A DNA stretch of 64,000 nt. Source: Lepidodermella squamata (taxonomy: Eukaryota > Animalia > Gastrotricha). This document shows, one piece after another, positions 61,801-64,000 of this stretch. Numbering within the stretch: the stretch's first letter is position 1; the number at the start of each line of letters is the position of its first letter. Location of the stretch: contig JBLDXI010000026.1 in the NCBI GenBank assembly GCA_047495785.1, positions 930,001 to 994,000 on the forward strand, written 5' to 3'. Both the position numbers and the translations under genes were made by a program. Under the pieces are notes generated by a model, which was given only the letters and a program-made list of their open reading frames with translations, had not been told where the DNA came from and ran no database searches.

Positions 61801-63835
61801 TGTGAGCTGCGATAGTTGGCGAGAAATTCGAACGTCACAATTGGAGGTAAAAAAATAAGTTGAAATACCTAAATCAAGAGATAAAAGAGATAAGTGTGAT
61901 CGTCGTGAAATTATGGGAAAGAGTGGTTAACAATTGTTGAGCCTTCGGGTGAGCTCAAAGCTGTCAGTTCGCCGCTTGTTACACTGAACCTTGAAGTGGT
62001 GTTAACGCTTAGGGCGAGAGGTTCCACGGGTGCAGTTCTAGGCCGCAGCGGAGAAGGGTTCCATGTGAACAGCATTTGAACATGGTCGGTCGTCAACCGG
62101 TCGTAAGCGATAGGCGAATGCCGTTCTGAAAGCAGGCATCTAAAGCAGCGCTATAAATTATTTCCGACGTTTCGGTTATTTTCCAAGGTTATCAAAGAAA
62201 GCAGGCTTGATTTCTTAAAAAATTCAATAAAGCCTGGTTTCGGTCGAAAGGGAATCGGGTTAATAGGGAATCTGGACGCGGAGATGGAGTCGTAGGCAAC
62301 TGCGACTCAGTGTGGTGACGTAAACGATCTCTGATACGAAGTTTGGCATCCAAAATCGAAAGTCATGGCGCACTGCTAAAAGCCAGAGATTATCTCAAAA
62401 AGCTACCAGCTGGAGTTTTTAATTTTCAGCCAATTTGGTGACGGCAAGAGGCCCTCCACGTTTTGAGTTGAAGCCAGTTGACGTGAACATTTGGCAGTTG
62501 ACTGGGGGCAGAGTTCTATTTCGAAAGATGGCTGGTTATTTTCCCAACACACCACACCGGATCATTGTTAAATAATAAAAACTCAGGCTAGCGCTGATCT
62601 GGATCCCGAAATAGAATCATTCTTCGAGACGGCAGTAGTTCTTAAGTAGGCGACGCTATAGCTCAAAACTCGGCTTATCGTCGAGCTGGTGGTTGTAAGT
62701 TTCATTGACTGTCTTCACTTCAAAAAGTCAGCAAGGTCGGACAGACCGAGGCAGGATCCACGAATCATCATCGCGAAATGCAGCAATTATGCCCGAGGAA
62801 ATGAAGCTTTATAAGAGTCTATGGGTGGTTGACTCATTCCAACATTTAGTCAACATTCGACAAGAATAGATCGATTGATGTTGATGAGTTCAGATTCTGA
62901 TGCGAAAATCCAGCATCGAAAGTTATTCCGCGATCATAAATTGCGATATTTGTTCCATGTATTACTCGCGTTAACAAGGCGATATCAATGCATTAATTCA
63001 AGTCCCAGAATCGGTTCAAGATAAGTTCTGCAACCTATAACTCTTCAACAATCCATCTGCAGATCTGAAGAACGTCGTAGACATGCCTATGGCATGTTGA
63101 TGACAATTTGAGAACAATTGTCTGCTACTGACAATTTTTAAAGTACGAATTTACCTAAAATTCCTATTAAAATTGAAGATGAGGATGCTGGAACATGCAG
63201 CTTCTAACAAATTTTCCTTTGCAAACCACGCTTTGAACCAACTCTCATTGTTAGGGGCCATGGTTCCATCTCAAAACTCGTGTTATTCAACAATCAAAGC
63301 AAAAGTGTCATGATACAAAAAACCTGATTCGCAAGCAACTTTATTTAATTTATAGACATTCAATTCATTAGCAAACTAAGCACACATAGTGCATTAAAAG
63401 ATTGATAAAACGCGAGCAAAATCAAAATAATGCATGCATAGGTTAGCTCTTTTGAGGATTCAGCTTCAGTCAATGATCGCCAAATGCCACTGACCTGGCG
63501 ATATGCCGAGTTTAAAAGATCCAAGTCCAACGTCCGCGGATCTCCAACTCGAGTTCAATCGGTTATTGCCTAAGACAAGTTCGCTTTGAAGAATTCAGCG
63601 AGCAGTTAAGCTTTCTCAAGATCGCGTCGGCGCCGTGCAGTAATGTAGCTTAACCATGCTATTTGAACATGGGGAAATAAATTTTCTTAATTTGACGAAT
63701 TTTAGCTCGAAACCGGTGTCATACTGACCGCCTTGATGCGGGGATGAAGAATATGTATTATTTGTGGCATTTCGAGCGTTCAGTGTCAAGTTACAGCTGT
63801 TTGAGCGATTTTTCGTCCGCGTACTGTTATTATTA

Positions 63836-63838
<3 letters not shown>

Positions 63839-63877
<39 letters not shown>
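63839..63877. repeat. (GT)n microsatellite preceded by (TTA)4
   Basis: Read directly. Confidence 0.95.
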
Positions 63878-63878
<1 letters not shown>

Positions 63879-64000
63879 ATATGCATATGCTTATATGATG
63901 GCCGCATGTAGCAGAAATAATTACCTACGGTGTTTACGCATTCCGCGAACGACGATTTTCATCTATTTGGCCATTCCGAGTGTTAAGTTAAGTACTCTAC

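Overview
AT-rich eukaryotic (invertebrate animal) genomic DNA with short GT-AG introns, many 45-80 nt and often ending TTT(C/T)AG. The phylum cannot be determined from the sequence alone. 1-13.5 kb: two tandem minus-strand paralogs encoding secreted proteins with four 4-Cys modules I do not recognise plus two C-type lectin domains. They are separated by nested non-autonomous DNA transposons (a piggyBac-type TTAA element containing TA-target MITEs). 14-21 kb: a small spliced gene resembling the fungal Mug135/DUF1773 family, a 2-kb Mutator/Foldback-type element with a 9-bp TSD, and a pogo-like MITE family carrying tRNA-like A/B-box cassettes. 21-26 kb: two closely spaced secreted Sushi/CCP-mucin genes (one spliced in frame to ankyrin repeats) and an unnamed gene with a 360-bp (TTTCC)n intron repeat. 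31-53 kb: a gene-dense block with a divergent nuclear receptor, a multi-pass membrane protein, a GT31 galactosyltransferase, two intronless GABA-B-like class C GPCRs, a K2P channel, a UGT, a gustatory-receptor-like gene and a class A GPCR with two orphan copies of its last exon. 53-64 kb: mostly decayed repeats. All family assignments are by-eye motif recognition, not database results.
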